Part shown: one piece after another, positions 53,057 to 64,000 of the stretch
How the letters are laid out: every line of letters starts with the position of its first letter
How positions within the stretch are numbered: the stretch's first letter is position 1
Origin: Rhynchobatus australiae
Taxonomy: Eukaryota
Length of the DNA stretch: 64,000 bases
Direction of reading: 5' to 3'
NCBI GenBank assembly: GCA_034780895.1
Contig: JAUZTB010000135.1
Coordinates: forward strand, 44,886,781-44,950,780
Position numbers and translations under genes: made by a program
Notes under the pieces: generated by a model
Databases searched by the model: none
The model's input: only the letters and a program-made list of their open reading frames with translations
What the model was told of the DNA's origin: nothing

Positions 53057-53544
53057 AAAGCCTCCAGTCTTTTCCAATGCAGACCTATATGTTCCCATGC
53101 TTGAAGACAGCCAGAATACCTCATCCTTTGAACCCTTTTCCTCCTCTGTGAAATAGAACCTTGGATTGGTACCTTCAGCTGGTGACCTGGCAGCAGTAGG
53201 TGTGTGAGGTCTGTGAGGTCTGTTGGTAGATGAGTGTGTAGAATGGAAGAATTGGGAATGGCCCTAGTAAGTCTAGGTACTGTGTACCTGTTCAAACATA
53301 TTGAAAGACTGCAGTAGGCAAAGCGGGCAGAAGAAAGAAGAATTAACTAATATGTATAGACCTGAATATGTTCCAAGGTCCAATCTGGTGATTGCAGTGA
53401 CTTATTGAAAGAAAAAAGTAATTTGTGCAAAGTGAGGAATTTCTGTAAAGCTCAACAGGTTTATCACATTGTCACGTACAATTCACAATATATCATTATA
53501 CACAAAAGAGGCAAGTACATTTGAATATTATAGAAATAAAGTTA

Positions 53545-53820
53545 TAAAGTCAAAGTCGAGATTATTGTAATACGCACTATACGTACAGGTGCAATGAAAC
53601 ACTTACTTGCAGCAACATCACAGGCACATACCGTCAGATAAGTAGCATTCACAAGAAAAACATAAATTAAACATAAAAATTGTGTATAATTTACAAGAAA
53701 GAACACAATTAGAACAAAAAAAAGAGTCCATTTTTGTGTAAAGTGATCAGAGTGTTGCTAAATTGTAGTGATTAAGGTTTTGCCAGTTGGTTCCAGAACC
53801 AAATGTCTGAAGGGAAGTAG
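53545..53820 (-). mobile_element. Rex1-like 3' end
   Basis: aaagtcaaagtcgag tail; related in reverse to 57650-57869. Confidence 0.7.
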
Positions 53821-55238
53821 CTATAGGGGCACTTCAACAAAATAAGCTTGGCAAAGATTTTTAGAAATGACAAAGAACAGGAGGAATTATATGTTTCTTT
53901 TCACTGTCGAAGACACACAAGTGACATGGCGATGAATTTTCATGCATATCCTACTCCGTACACAAGGAGAAAATCGATTGCTAGTCAACTTTCTTTTAAA
54001 TGCAGAATGCATTTGCATGGTCTCTACCTAGTGCATTCTTTTGCTTTCTGTCCAGCATGTAATGCCCACAGCTGCATCCCCACTGGACTCTGCCAAAGGT
54101 ACCTCAAACATAAGCACCAAAATCACAAGCTTTGTGCGAGCATCAGATTTTATTCAATAACCATTTGTGTAATTAGTTTATATCTTTACCACACACTAAT
54201 TTTAGAATTTTAACTTCCCCCCACAAAACTCTGTACAGGTCCTGTCATTTTACTGTCGGCATGCTGCATTGATCTTTATGGTGCGCAAAGAATATTCAAG
54301 ATGAGAGTTTCTGCTTTGGAGAATATCAACAAACTTTCTGTAAATTGCACATACATCTGAAATTAATCTTGTGGGCAAAACAATCTACAAACCATTGCAA
54401 ACAGCCAGTTCTTTTTAAAGCATGTTTTCTTTTGAAAAATCAGCATTAAAAATATTCCATATTGCTTTTGAGCTTGATGTAGCCATATCAATGCAACTGT
54501 AGCTCAGTTTATTGCAGCACACCCAGTCAACCATCCGTGAATAGTTCAACTACAAATAACTAAAAGGGGCATTAAGATTCAGAATTATTTACTAGTTTAA
54601 GAATACATGGCACTTAGTTTGCCTAGCAAATTAAAACAAGGAGAAGCTTTTAAATTATGCATTTTAATGCCATTGCTCCTAGCAAAATTCAGCTTTGTTT
54701 TAAGATCTTTTATGAAGACTTGTAAAAGAGTCAACCAAAACTGACCATGGAGATTAATTCTCTTTGTGGGCATAGTCAGATTCTCAGGCAGAGAAGACCT
54801 ACAGGACTACATTCTTTAATCTGATACAAAAGATGGCAGAAACCTATTTTCGCTTGGATCGACTTGCACTTGAAATCCTACAATCTATTGCCCTGGACTG
54901 GCCAATTAAGATTGACGTTCAGCATTGTCAGTCAGAAAATCCAATGCACAACTTCTAGTTTTATTTCTTGCTTTCCTCGCATTGGATGTGCACATGGTGC
55001 ATTTGACTGATTTGGAAAATTAGACGTAAACGACGTTAACCAAGCACCTTCTCTCTGCAAAGCACCTGTGAATCCTGCTGAATGACATTTTTTGTCAAAA
55101 ATAAGATTTTTTTTGGCTGCACATTTTTTGTATTTGCCTATTTGACAAAAGAAATGGTAATAATTGATAGAGCTCAAAAGAAACCTTTTGTGAAATTGAA
55201 TTGTCAAACTAAATATGAAAGATAAATGAATTGAATTT

Positions 55239-56239
55239 GATCTGGTCACCTTAATTATGTTTGAAACCACTGAGCCAGAAAGATTTATACTTTTTCACTC
55301 TTCTTTTCCCCCCAAATGAAATATAAAATGAGGTCGACCAAGATTAACCAAGATGGTGATCTTTTAACAAAAACAGTCAGGAATAGATTATCCTTATAGA
55401 CATCATGTATTAATTGTGATTGGCCACTTTTCGGCTTGCAAATTTTCAATGGCACTACCATTGTAAACTTCCTCACCAACAATCTTCCTGGGGTGCCCAT
55501 CAGCAAGAAATTCAACTGCACATGTTAAATAGATGCACCGGAAGCCCATTTTTTCTAGATCTTGCAAAAAAGTCATCAATCCAAAGCATTAACTCTGATT
55601 CTCCCTTCACATTTGCGGTCTGACCTGTTGAGTACTTCCAGCATTTTAGATTTGTATTTCAGATTTTCAGCATCCGCCTCGTTTTGCTTTATGTCATCCA
55701 GAACAAAGCAGCCAGCTTCATCCAGCACCACGTCCATTATCATAAACTCTCATTCCCTCCATCACCTCCAACTTATCCACAAGATGTGCTACCTACAATA
55801 TCCCCACCATCAAGGGTCTAGTAGAATTAGATTGGATCTTACATGCACTTATTTACCTGGACTATTCTAAAAGCACCTCTTAAACCCTCAAGCTTTACCA
55901 CCAAGAAGGACAAAGACAGCTGGCACATGGAGATACCCATCTTTAGGTTCCCTTCAAGACACACACTATGCTAATGGATCTAAATGCTGGCGTGAATGGG
56001 CATTGCAAGAAGATTATCAGTGAGGGAGTTTGCAATGGTAATGACATTGAAAATTTTCAACCACAAAAGTGGTCAATCACAGTTAAAACATGTCTATTCC
56101 TGATCGTTCTAGCTGAAGGATCACTGTCTTGGTTAATCTTGATCTACCTCAGTTTTCACTTCACTTGGGGAAGAATGAGAGTGAGAAAGTACTAATCTTT
56201 CTGGCTCGATGGTTTCAAACATCATTAGGTGATCAAATC
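55239..56239. repeat. ~250-bp diverged inverted duplication (55239-55500 / 55996-56239)
   Basis: ccaagattaaccaagatggtgatc versus gatcactgtcttggttaatcttgat; ttgaaaccactgagccagaaagatt versus aatctttctggctcgatggtttcaaa. Confidence 0.9.
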
Positions 56240-56390
56240 CTGGACTTCCCTGCTAGTGATTGTTTTCACTAGAAGTATTGCAGCAGTTCAAGAATGTAGC
56301 TCACCATTGTCTTCTAAGAAGCAACTAAGGATGGGAAAATTAATGTTGGTATTGGCAGTAACACCCATATCCCATAAGTACATTATTTAA
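55690..56390 (+). mobile_element. CR1-group 3' region interrupted by the inverted copy
   Basis: atccagaacaaagcagcc…ccttcaagacacacactatg [insert] aaatcctggacttccct…gcagcagttcaagaa…cacccatatccca. Confidence 0.75.
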
Positions 56391-56759
56391 TAGAAATTAA
56401 TGAAGTTTGAAGCGGGAAGAGCAGACATGAAATCTGCAGAAGTGGTGCGAGTTAGATATTGGTTATTCTGATGGAGGATCTTTCACCTAAAACATTAACA
56501 CTATTGCTCTTTCCACAGATACCGCCTAACCCACAGAATAGTTCCAGCACTTTCTGTCTTTATATTAGAGATTATGGGGTTTGCTTGATTATCTCTGGAA
56601 TTGTGGATGGCCTATAGAAGCAATGGTCTATGTAAGGATTATCTTGGTGTTCAAATGATCTTTCCTCATACAAATTTTTGTGGTAAGTTTTACTCCTGTG
56701 GTAAATAGTGTGTATTTCTGAAATGTTTAGTTCCNNNNNNNNNNACTACGTATCTTTGC

Positions 56760-57430
56760 TGCAAAAGAAAGGCCTCTCTCAACCTTTTCCCATTGTTCAA
56801 CAACAACCCATGACAATAAAAGTTCATGAACACCCATTGAAATATGTGGAGCACTTCCCATATCTTGGGAGCCAGCTCTCAGCAAAGGCAGGCATCAATG
56901 ATGAAATCTAACATCGAGTTCAATGTGCCTTTACAGCCTTTGGCCATTGGAGGACAAGAGTGTTTGTAGATCGAGACGTCAATCCCAGGACAAAACTCAT
57001 GGTCTATGAAGCAGCACTCCAACATCCTTCCAAGGCTTGGACTACATTCAGCAGGCACCTTAAAGCACTTGAGAGGTGCTCCAGAATCCTCTAGATCAAC
57101 TGGCAAGATAAGCAAACGGACATTAGCATCTTCTGCAAAGCTAACATCCCCAGACTCGAGGGTCTAATTATATTCAGTTAGATCTAATGGGCAATCCATG
57201 CCACTTACATGCCTGATTTTAGACTTGCAAAACAGAACCTTTGTTATGAACCCTGTCACTGGCAAGTGATTCTCAGAAGAACAGAGGAAATGATTCAAGG
57301 CTGTTCTCAGAGTCTCTTTGAAAAAGTGTACCATCTCTACTGATTCATGGGACTCCTTCACTACTCAAAATGAAGAAGAAATGTTTGGGATGACAATAAG
57401 AACCTTGAGTCTCCTCATCAGGAGCACTTA
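56760..57430 (+). mobile_element. RTE-clade (BovB-like) LINE fragment
   Basis: VEHFPYLGSQLSAKAGINDEI*HRVQCAFTAFG…TKLMVY. Confidence 0.85.
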
Positions 57431-57439
57431 GTTTGAATT

Positions 57440-57869
57440 TGAATGCACAGGAACGTAAGAAGCTGTGGAGAGTCGTGGACTCTGCCCAATACATCACGGG
57501 CACATCCCTCCCCAACATAAGTAGTATCTACAGGAAGTGCTGCCTCAGGAGGCAACATCTATCATCAAAGATCACTGCCATCTGAGAAAGTTATGATTCA
57601 AGAAAAGAAAATACCAGCAAAACCCTGATCACTACAGTTTAGCAGCACTATGAGCACTTTGCACTAAAATGGACTTTGTTTTATCTTGTTCTAGTTGTGA
57701 TCTTTCTTGTAAAAATTGTGTATAATTTATTTAATTCATGTTTTTTTCTTGTGAATGCTGCTTATACGGTGCTATGTGCCCGTGATACTGCTGCAAGGAA
57801 CTTTTTCGTTGCACCTGTGCATACATGTACTTGTGCATATGACAATAAACTCAACTTTGACTTTGACTT
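57440..57869 (+). mobile_element. Rex1-like LINE 3' end
   Basis: gagagtcgtggactctgcccaatacatcacggg…gacaataaactcaactttgactttgact. Confidence 0.75.
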
Positions 57870-59614
57870 AAATGCTCACAGTAAGTGATGGAAGGAATGC
57901 TCTACCTCACGGTCTATCCATCCTGTCTACCTCCTGTCCTAGCCTAGGAAGAGTCTGCAAGTTTCACATTGACCCCATCAGCCATTTCAGAAATGGAGTG
58001 GAAGAAAATTATCCTCAACCCCTTAAGAAGATGTACTTTTTTTATGTTAATACAGCCAATGCAGAATTATCTTNNNNNNNNNNNNNNNNNNNNNNNNNNN
58101 NNNNCTACTTCAGGCTGTCATTATATCAAAACTTATGGAGCAATGTGAAGTGATCTGAAGTGTGTGTTGGTATGGAACTGGGAGTGTTAATTACAACACA
58201 GCTCAATCAATCCACTGCTGAGTACATTAGATCAAGAAATATGGTACTGCCACCAAGAAATAATCTCATACCACGGAGATCTAATGCTGATTGAAAAGTG
58301 CTCGAGTCTGCTGTTGGAACTTTTTGACATATGCTGTGGCTAGTCACTTACGCTCACACAATGTTACAAATCAACTCCTCTGTGTGGAACTCGACACCAT
58401 CAGTGACAATAACAGTAATCAGAGGTTCAGGCACTACAGAGAAATCTCATTTGGTGTCTCAACTGTACTCATGATCTGATAACCAAAAAGAATTCCTGTG
58501 AGAAGTCAGTGATTAGAAGTGATGTGCACATTGTTTCCCCTGTGGGGAAGAGACAAGTCAATGTGAGTAATAGGAGTGGGGTGCACAAACGGAACATTAA
58601 TGACTTCAACAGCACTTTTTCCGAAGACTTCAAACCGCTGATTACCAACCTACATGATTTTTATAATGACCTAAACATCTGTTTTAAATATAACTGGTGG
58701 GATAATCTCAGACTAATCACTAGAATCTCACGTTATGTGGTTCCCTCAACGTTTAATACCCTCAAGGTTAACTAACTATAACAACGCGAGAGATTTTCTT
58801 ACCATAAACACAAAATATTTTAGAGGGGGTGCCATGATCGATTTCTGTTCAATGAGAACTTCTCCATCACAGAATCAACTATACCTCAACAATAACACCA
58901 GGAAATTTTTGTTGCAGGAAAAAAGTTTAAAAGTTGCAGCTAGATGTATATTTAGGTATTCTGTAAAATACACGTGGAGCAAAATTCTAATTGGCACTCA
59001 TTAACACCAGTAAATATAAATCCATATTTGATAAAAGAANNNNNNNNNNNNNNNNNNNNNNNNNNNNNNNNNNNNNNNNNNNNNNNNNNNNNNNNNNNNN
59101 NNNNNNNNNNNNNNNNNNNNNNNNNNNNNNNNNNNNNNNATCAGATTTTATCAGATAGTTTTCAAACATGATTAATGAGTCCTTGGAGAACCTGCTAATT
59201 TTAAAGTTAAATTGAATTTTTTAATTATGCTCAACTATTCTCTTTAAAGTTTGTATTAATTTAAATTTTAAAAACTTAATTTTTATATAACATTATTTAA
59301 CATGATGAGTGACATTTACATGAACTGTTACAGCATTCTCAATTTTGTAACAATGTAAGGTTGCAGGAAGAAATTCTCTTTTTTTTACTTATCCATCCAA
59401 ATGGATGTGGGTGAAGAGTTTAGTATTTACTTAGTAATCAGGCTAATTTTATTCTGGTGAAAAGAAAAATCACAAAATAATCCACTAATTGTTCACAAGA
59501 TGAACATTCAGCACAATTTACTCACATTCAGAGCTGGGCCTACAGCTCATACAATATACACTGAATGAGAATGACAAAAAACACATTTAGATATTGAAGT
59601 TGGTTTGTACTTAC

Positions 59615-59672
59615 CCTTCTGCAGTTGAATCAACCCAGTAGAGAGAAGGAGATAATGTGCTAACCGTGACAT
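59615..59672 (-). CDS. CD226: CD226 first coding exon (signal peptide)
   Basis: caccaccaATG start; MSRLAHYLLLSTGLIQLQK+G, 58 nt; phase-1 donor G|gtaagt matches the phase of the IgV exon. Confidence 0.8.
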
Positions 59673-59760
59673 TGGTGGTGATGTGAAAAGGGACAAGTAC
59701 TAGTTCCAAACAGACAGCAATGCGTATAATGGAGAGGTTCATTAAATGCTTGGGTCAGCT

Positions 59761-59768
59761 CATCCGGT
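59761..59768 (-). promoter_or_regulatory. ETS-type motif ACCGGATG near the CD226 start
   Basis: Consensus match about 90 nt upstream of the ATG; motif only. Confidence 0.3.
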
Positions 59769-60259
59769 CTGTTTCTGTCTTGTTTAGAGACAAGTAAACT
59801 ACTTGTTTAGAGCCTTCTGCAATCAGNNNNNNNNNNNNNNNNNNNNNNNNNNNNNNNNNNNNNNNNNNNNNNNNNNNNNNNNNNNNNNNNNNNNNNNNNN
59901 NNNNNNNNNNNNNNNNNNNNNNNNNNNNNNNNNNNNNNNNNNNNNNNNNNNNNNNNNNNNNNNNNNNNNNNNNNNNNNNNNNNNNNNNNNNNNNNNNNNN
60001 NNNNNNNNNNNNNNNNNNNNNNNNNNNNNNNNNNNNNNNNNNNNNNNNNNNNNNNNNNNNNNNNNNNNNNNNNNNNNNNNNNNNNNNAGAGCTGATTCAT
60101 TGGTAGAATGAACAAATTAGAAGCAGTGGTTAAGAAAAGGCAGTAAAGAGCGGGAACAAACAATTTTTTAAATGGTGAGGAAGAGAGAGCAAGAAGGGAT
60201 AAGAGGGGAATGAAGAGAAATCACTTGAATTGGGCAGAAACCAACTAGATGTTAGATAT

Positions 60260-60745
60260 ATAAAACAAAAAATGCTGAAATACTCAATACCTCATGCAGC
60301 AACTCCAGGTAATTTTTCATCTGAACATCTGATGAAAAGTCATTGAGCTGAATCTTCACAGATGCTGCCTGACTTATTGAGGACTTCCAGCATTTCTGTT
60401 TTAATTCAGCTGGACGGAAATGGGAAGAAGCCTGTCTGCTTTGAATAGCAGGTGAAGAATGGTACATAGCATTGGGATAGGGAGAGAAAGGAGAGATCCA
60501 GCTAGAATAGGGATGGGGTGTAAAGTTATTGAACTGGTTGTGGGGAAGGAGGAGTGAAAGAAGAATTCCAGGTTAAAACAAAAGCATTGGAAAAGCTGAG
60601 CAAGTCAGGGAGCATTGATGGAAAGAGATTCAGATCTAATATCTTTGACTTAGATGTTTCTCTCTTCTGACCTGATGAATATTTCCAGCATTTTCTGTTT
60701 TTATTTCAGATTTCTAGCATTTGCAGTGTTTTTTTATTTTCAGTT
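60260..60745. mobile_element. Two Penelope-derived fold-back repeats
   Basis: aaatgctgaaatactc…tctgatgaaaagtc…cacagatgctgcctgac; second copy at 60575-60745. Confidence 0.6.
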
Positions 60746-61299
60746 GAATTTGGTAAGGTGGGGAGAGAGGGAAATATTGAAAGTTTAAATTACATTAAAA
60801 TTCATAAACTTGGGGACATAAACAAATTTACCACCAGCCTTTGTGAGAAATTTGCCCAATTCTACCGTTAATGTTTTTACCTTTGACTCTGATAGTGCTG
60901 CTTTCAATTAGATTTGGTTCAAACCTGCAACATGTTACTGGCCTTTTCCTTAAAGTAAAGTAATTGGATCTGTCTTGTGGCCGTTACGTGCACATTCACA
61001 TATACAAAACTGCATCAAGGCGCACATGTTCATTTCTGGTATATGTCACATTACACACCACGTAGATGACACCATCTGTGCAGGAAAAATTAACACCCAA
61101 CAGAAGTGAAGAGACTTATGGGGTTAGTTGCCAGTTGATTTTTCCTTGCTGTTATTGAAGTTCCACAGGTACTTCTTCATTTCTAGAGGTGGTTCAATGT
61201 GCAGGGGCTTAAGTGAATTGGAGTGACTGAAAAGCTTTNNNNNNNNNNNNNNNNNNNNNNNNNNNNNNNNNNNNNNNNNNNNNNGCCTTAAATATCATT

Positions 61300-61670
61300 C
61301 TGCTTGTAATATAGCCTGACCAGGGATATAAGCAGAGAGCACACTGAGGAGGACAAGCTGCTGAAAAAATGAAGAAGTAGAGTGGGCGTGATGGTAGAGG
61401 GTTAAGGGTTCTGAGCAGGAGTCCATTTCCGCTGAGGTGTGGGTGTGATGCTTGCAGCAGTGCTCAGTATGTGAGCACGGTGGAACATATGAAAGTTGGG
61501 TAACAGTTCTTATTGAAGTAGATTGTTGGCAGGTGAGTAATGGGGATGCGGTGAATTGAGTAATCCCTAAACTATTGATGTTGATTAGCAGGATGCAGCA
61601 TTTGAAGATATACTCACTGACTTTAATCACTCCTGTAATGTTATTGAACTGGATGCACCACATTTACACA
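61300..61670 (-). mobile_element. L2-like LINE remnant
   Basis: Decayed endonuclease/linker-like text; weak. Confidence 0.4.
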
Positions 61671-61689
61671 ACAATCACTAGTGTCATGA

Positions 61690-62505
61690 AAAGTGCAGAG
61701 GATAATCTCAGGCTATAGAAAGATACTGATCAAATGGTGCACTGGGCAGAGCAACGGCATATTGAATTTAATCCTGTGAAGTGCAAAGTGCTATATTTTG
61801 CGAGGTCAAATAAGGGTGGGATATGCACGATGAATGGGCCTCAAGTAGTATTAAGGATGCTCCAAGAATATAAGGATGAGAGGGACCTTGATGTACATCC
61901 AAAGATCCCCAAAGGTGGCNNNNNNNNNNNNNNNNNNNNNNNNNNNNNNNNNNNNNNNNNCTAGCATTCATTAGATGGCACACAGAATATAAGAGCAGGG
62001 ATGTTATAAAACAAATTTACCAAAGGTGATTTACCAGGATGTTACTTGGGCTGGAGCGTTTCAGTTACAAGGAGAGACGGGATAGGCTGGGTTTGTTTTC
62101 CTTGTAGCAGAAAAGGCTGAAGGGCAACCGGACAGAGGTGATGAAACTATGAATGGTATAGATAGGGTAGACATTAGTCATCTTTTCCCATAGTAGAGGT
62201 GTTTATTAATCAGAGGGTGTAGGTTTAAGGTCAGGAGTAATACTGGATGGTAAGGACTAAGAGATTTAGAGGTGATACAGGAAGAATTTTTTCCACCCAG
62301 AGGCTGGAGTTTGGAACACACCTGCCCAAATGGAGGCAGAGACTCTCACATATCAATAAATAGTGAGATGAGCAATGGAATCACCAAGGCATAGGAGGCT
62401 ATGAACCAAGTGTTGGTAAATGGGATTTGCATAGATGGAACTTGTCGGTTGGCATGGACAGAGTGGGCTGAAGGGCCTGCTTTTGTGCTGTACGTCTCTA
62501 TGAAT
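61690..62505 (+). mobile_element. CR1 LINE 3' part
   Basis: WAEQRHIEFNPVKCKVLYF…ERDLDV; tail gggctgaagggcctgcttttgtgctgtacgtctctatg. Confidence 0.85.
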
Positions 62506-64000
62506 CTTGATTATATCCAGATCTTGGGGGCTTGATTCCCATCACTAACTTTTATGGCTATCTGCAGCTACTGCCTTCTGATTTTTTGGAGGACCTCCTG
62601 CAATTTTTTTCCTCCTCTCTTCAACCTCCTTTACCTTCAGTACCATTTCCTAAAACCTCAGATCCCCAGGCTCTCCCATGTCATGCCATTCTTCACATTT
62701 TCCCAAGTCAGATTTTTTTTGAGGAAATTAGCATGGAAGAAAGCAGTGTGGCCCACTTAGTCTATGTCAGTTATCGTATTTCTGCCAGCATCCTCTCCAG
62801 CCATAGTGTACCTCTCCTTTAAGAGGTGCAGGTCCCTTTAAGGAAGGCACCGTAACTTTAGCAGGTAGTTACCATTTATTAGCTTCTGGTGAATTGTCCA
62901 GTCATTGCCAACAGGGTGATTTCTGCCTACATTGCACTGAAAGGGCAAAAGTCAATCATACATCATGATCCTTTTTAACGGAATTTAGCTCGCTTTGATT
63001 TATTGTTTTCCAGTGAAAGGATGTTATTTGCTACTGTAGGCAATGTTTTAAAATATAAAGAAAATTAATTGCTTCCAAATGACAAATCAATAAAACTGAG
63101 CTGGGTTTCCTTGCTTAATTGCCGACAAAAATATATTACGCATAGTTATAACGGATACCAAAATGCCGGAATCAGCACAATATGGAGTCAGTGGAACCAG
63201 AATTATAAGTTCAACCTATCTGAGGACAAATTTCCAACCCATTAAATCTTGAAGATGAATATTCATATCACCCTTCAGGTATTTGTACAATTATGTTGTT
63301 TTTTTGTGTTAGATGAACTAAAACTTGATATCTTCCAGTTTGTTATGCAGCTGTTCCCCTTCTCCGCACCACATTCCCAATATAATTGGGAGTCTAGATG
63401 AGTCAGAGGCTTCACGTGCGTTTGATATGTAAAAACTAATAATTACACTGAAAGACCTATTGCTCAATATGTTTGATAGTTTGATAGCCAGTCTTCTTTT
63501 GAAGTTAATGGTCAGTGTTTGCTTGCTTTCTCAATTGTCATGTATGCAATTGACATAAGTGATTGTGTTCTGGGGGAAATTATCCAGTGTCCTTAAATGT
63601 TTCTCAGAAATGTGACATCAGCTAAAGACTGTGGCTGGACCGACATCTGCTTTAGTAATAGATTGTAGCTAAATCCTAACACTCAATTATAGTGAGAAAC
63701 TACAACATAAAAATTATCTGATGCACAGATCATTAGCTAAGGCCTTTCACTGAATGCCCTTCATCATTTCTTTAAGGCATGAATGTGATTAAAACACAAA
63801 TAATTAAAACTTGTTATGGTTAACTCTTTCTCTCTCAGGTTTTTTATCCTATGAGATTTCTCATTATCACCCACCACTCCTTAACTGAGAAAGCAGATAC
63901 TTGCTCCTCAACAAGTTTACTCACACTTCAGTTTTCCCTGAAAGAGAAATATTTACCTTTGGTTCAACACCTCCCCTTAACATCTCACATAATGTTGATT

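Noticed and set aside
58509-59004. Overlapping 88/89-aa ORFs in CD226 intron 1 considered as a viral insert
   Set aside because: No convincing motif; lengths are compatible with chance.
62500-64000. Expected 3' exons of RTTN, the next gene in human synteny
   Set aside because: No recognisable RTTN C-terminal coding sequence seen.

Overview
Repeat-rich vertebrate genomic scaffold with many N gaps. The repeat families (HE1/V-SINE, Deu-domain SINE, CR1, Rex1, RTE, Penelope) point to a cartilaginous fish (elasmobranch). It holds the last coding exon of DOK6 (+, 9799-9938). Tail-to-tail with it lies a complete spliced CD226/DNAM-1 orthologue (-, ATG 59672 to TGA 28978): signal peptide, two Ig exons, TM, basic juxtamembrane and YxN tail exons, plus a candidate extra 81-nt stalk exon. 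This is the DOK6-CD226 arrangement of human 18q22. The most unusual item is a decayed endogenous retrovirus in the last DOK6 intron (2907-4110, -). There a class III (ERV-L/S-like) pol connection segment is fused directly to a gamma-type env with CXXC, furin-like site, ISD and decayed CX6CC. Also noted: Penelope-derived fold-back repeats with a hammerhead-like core, a Vingi/Ingi-like LINE, and a ~250-bp inverted duplication inserted into a CR1 in CD226 intron 1. All calls come from manual reading and recalled family motifs. Repeat boundaries are approximate and no database searches were run.
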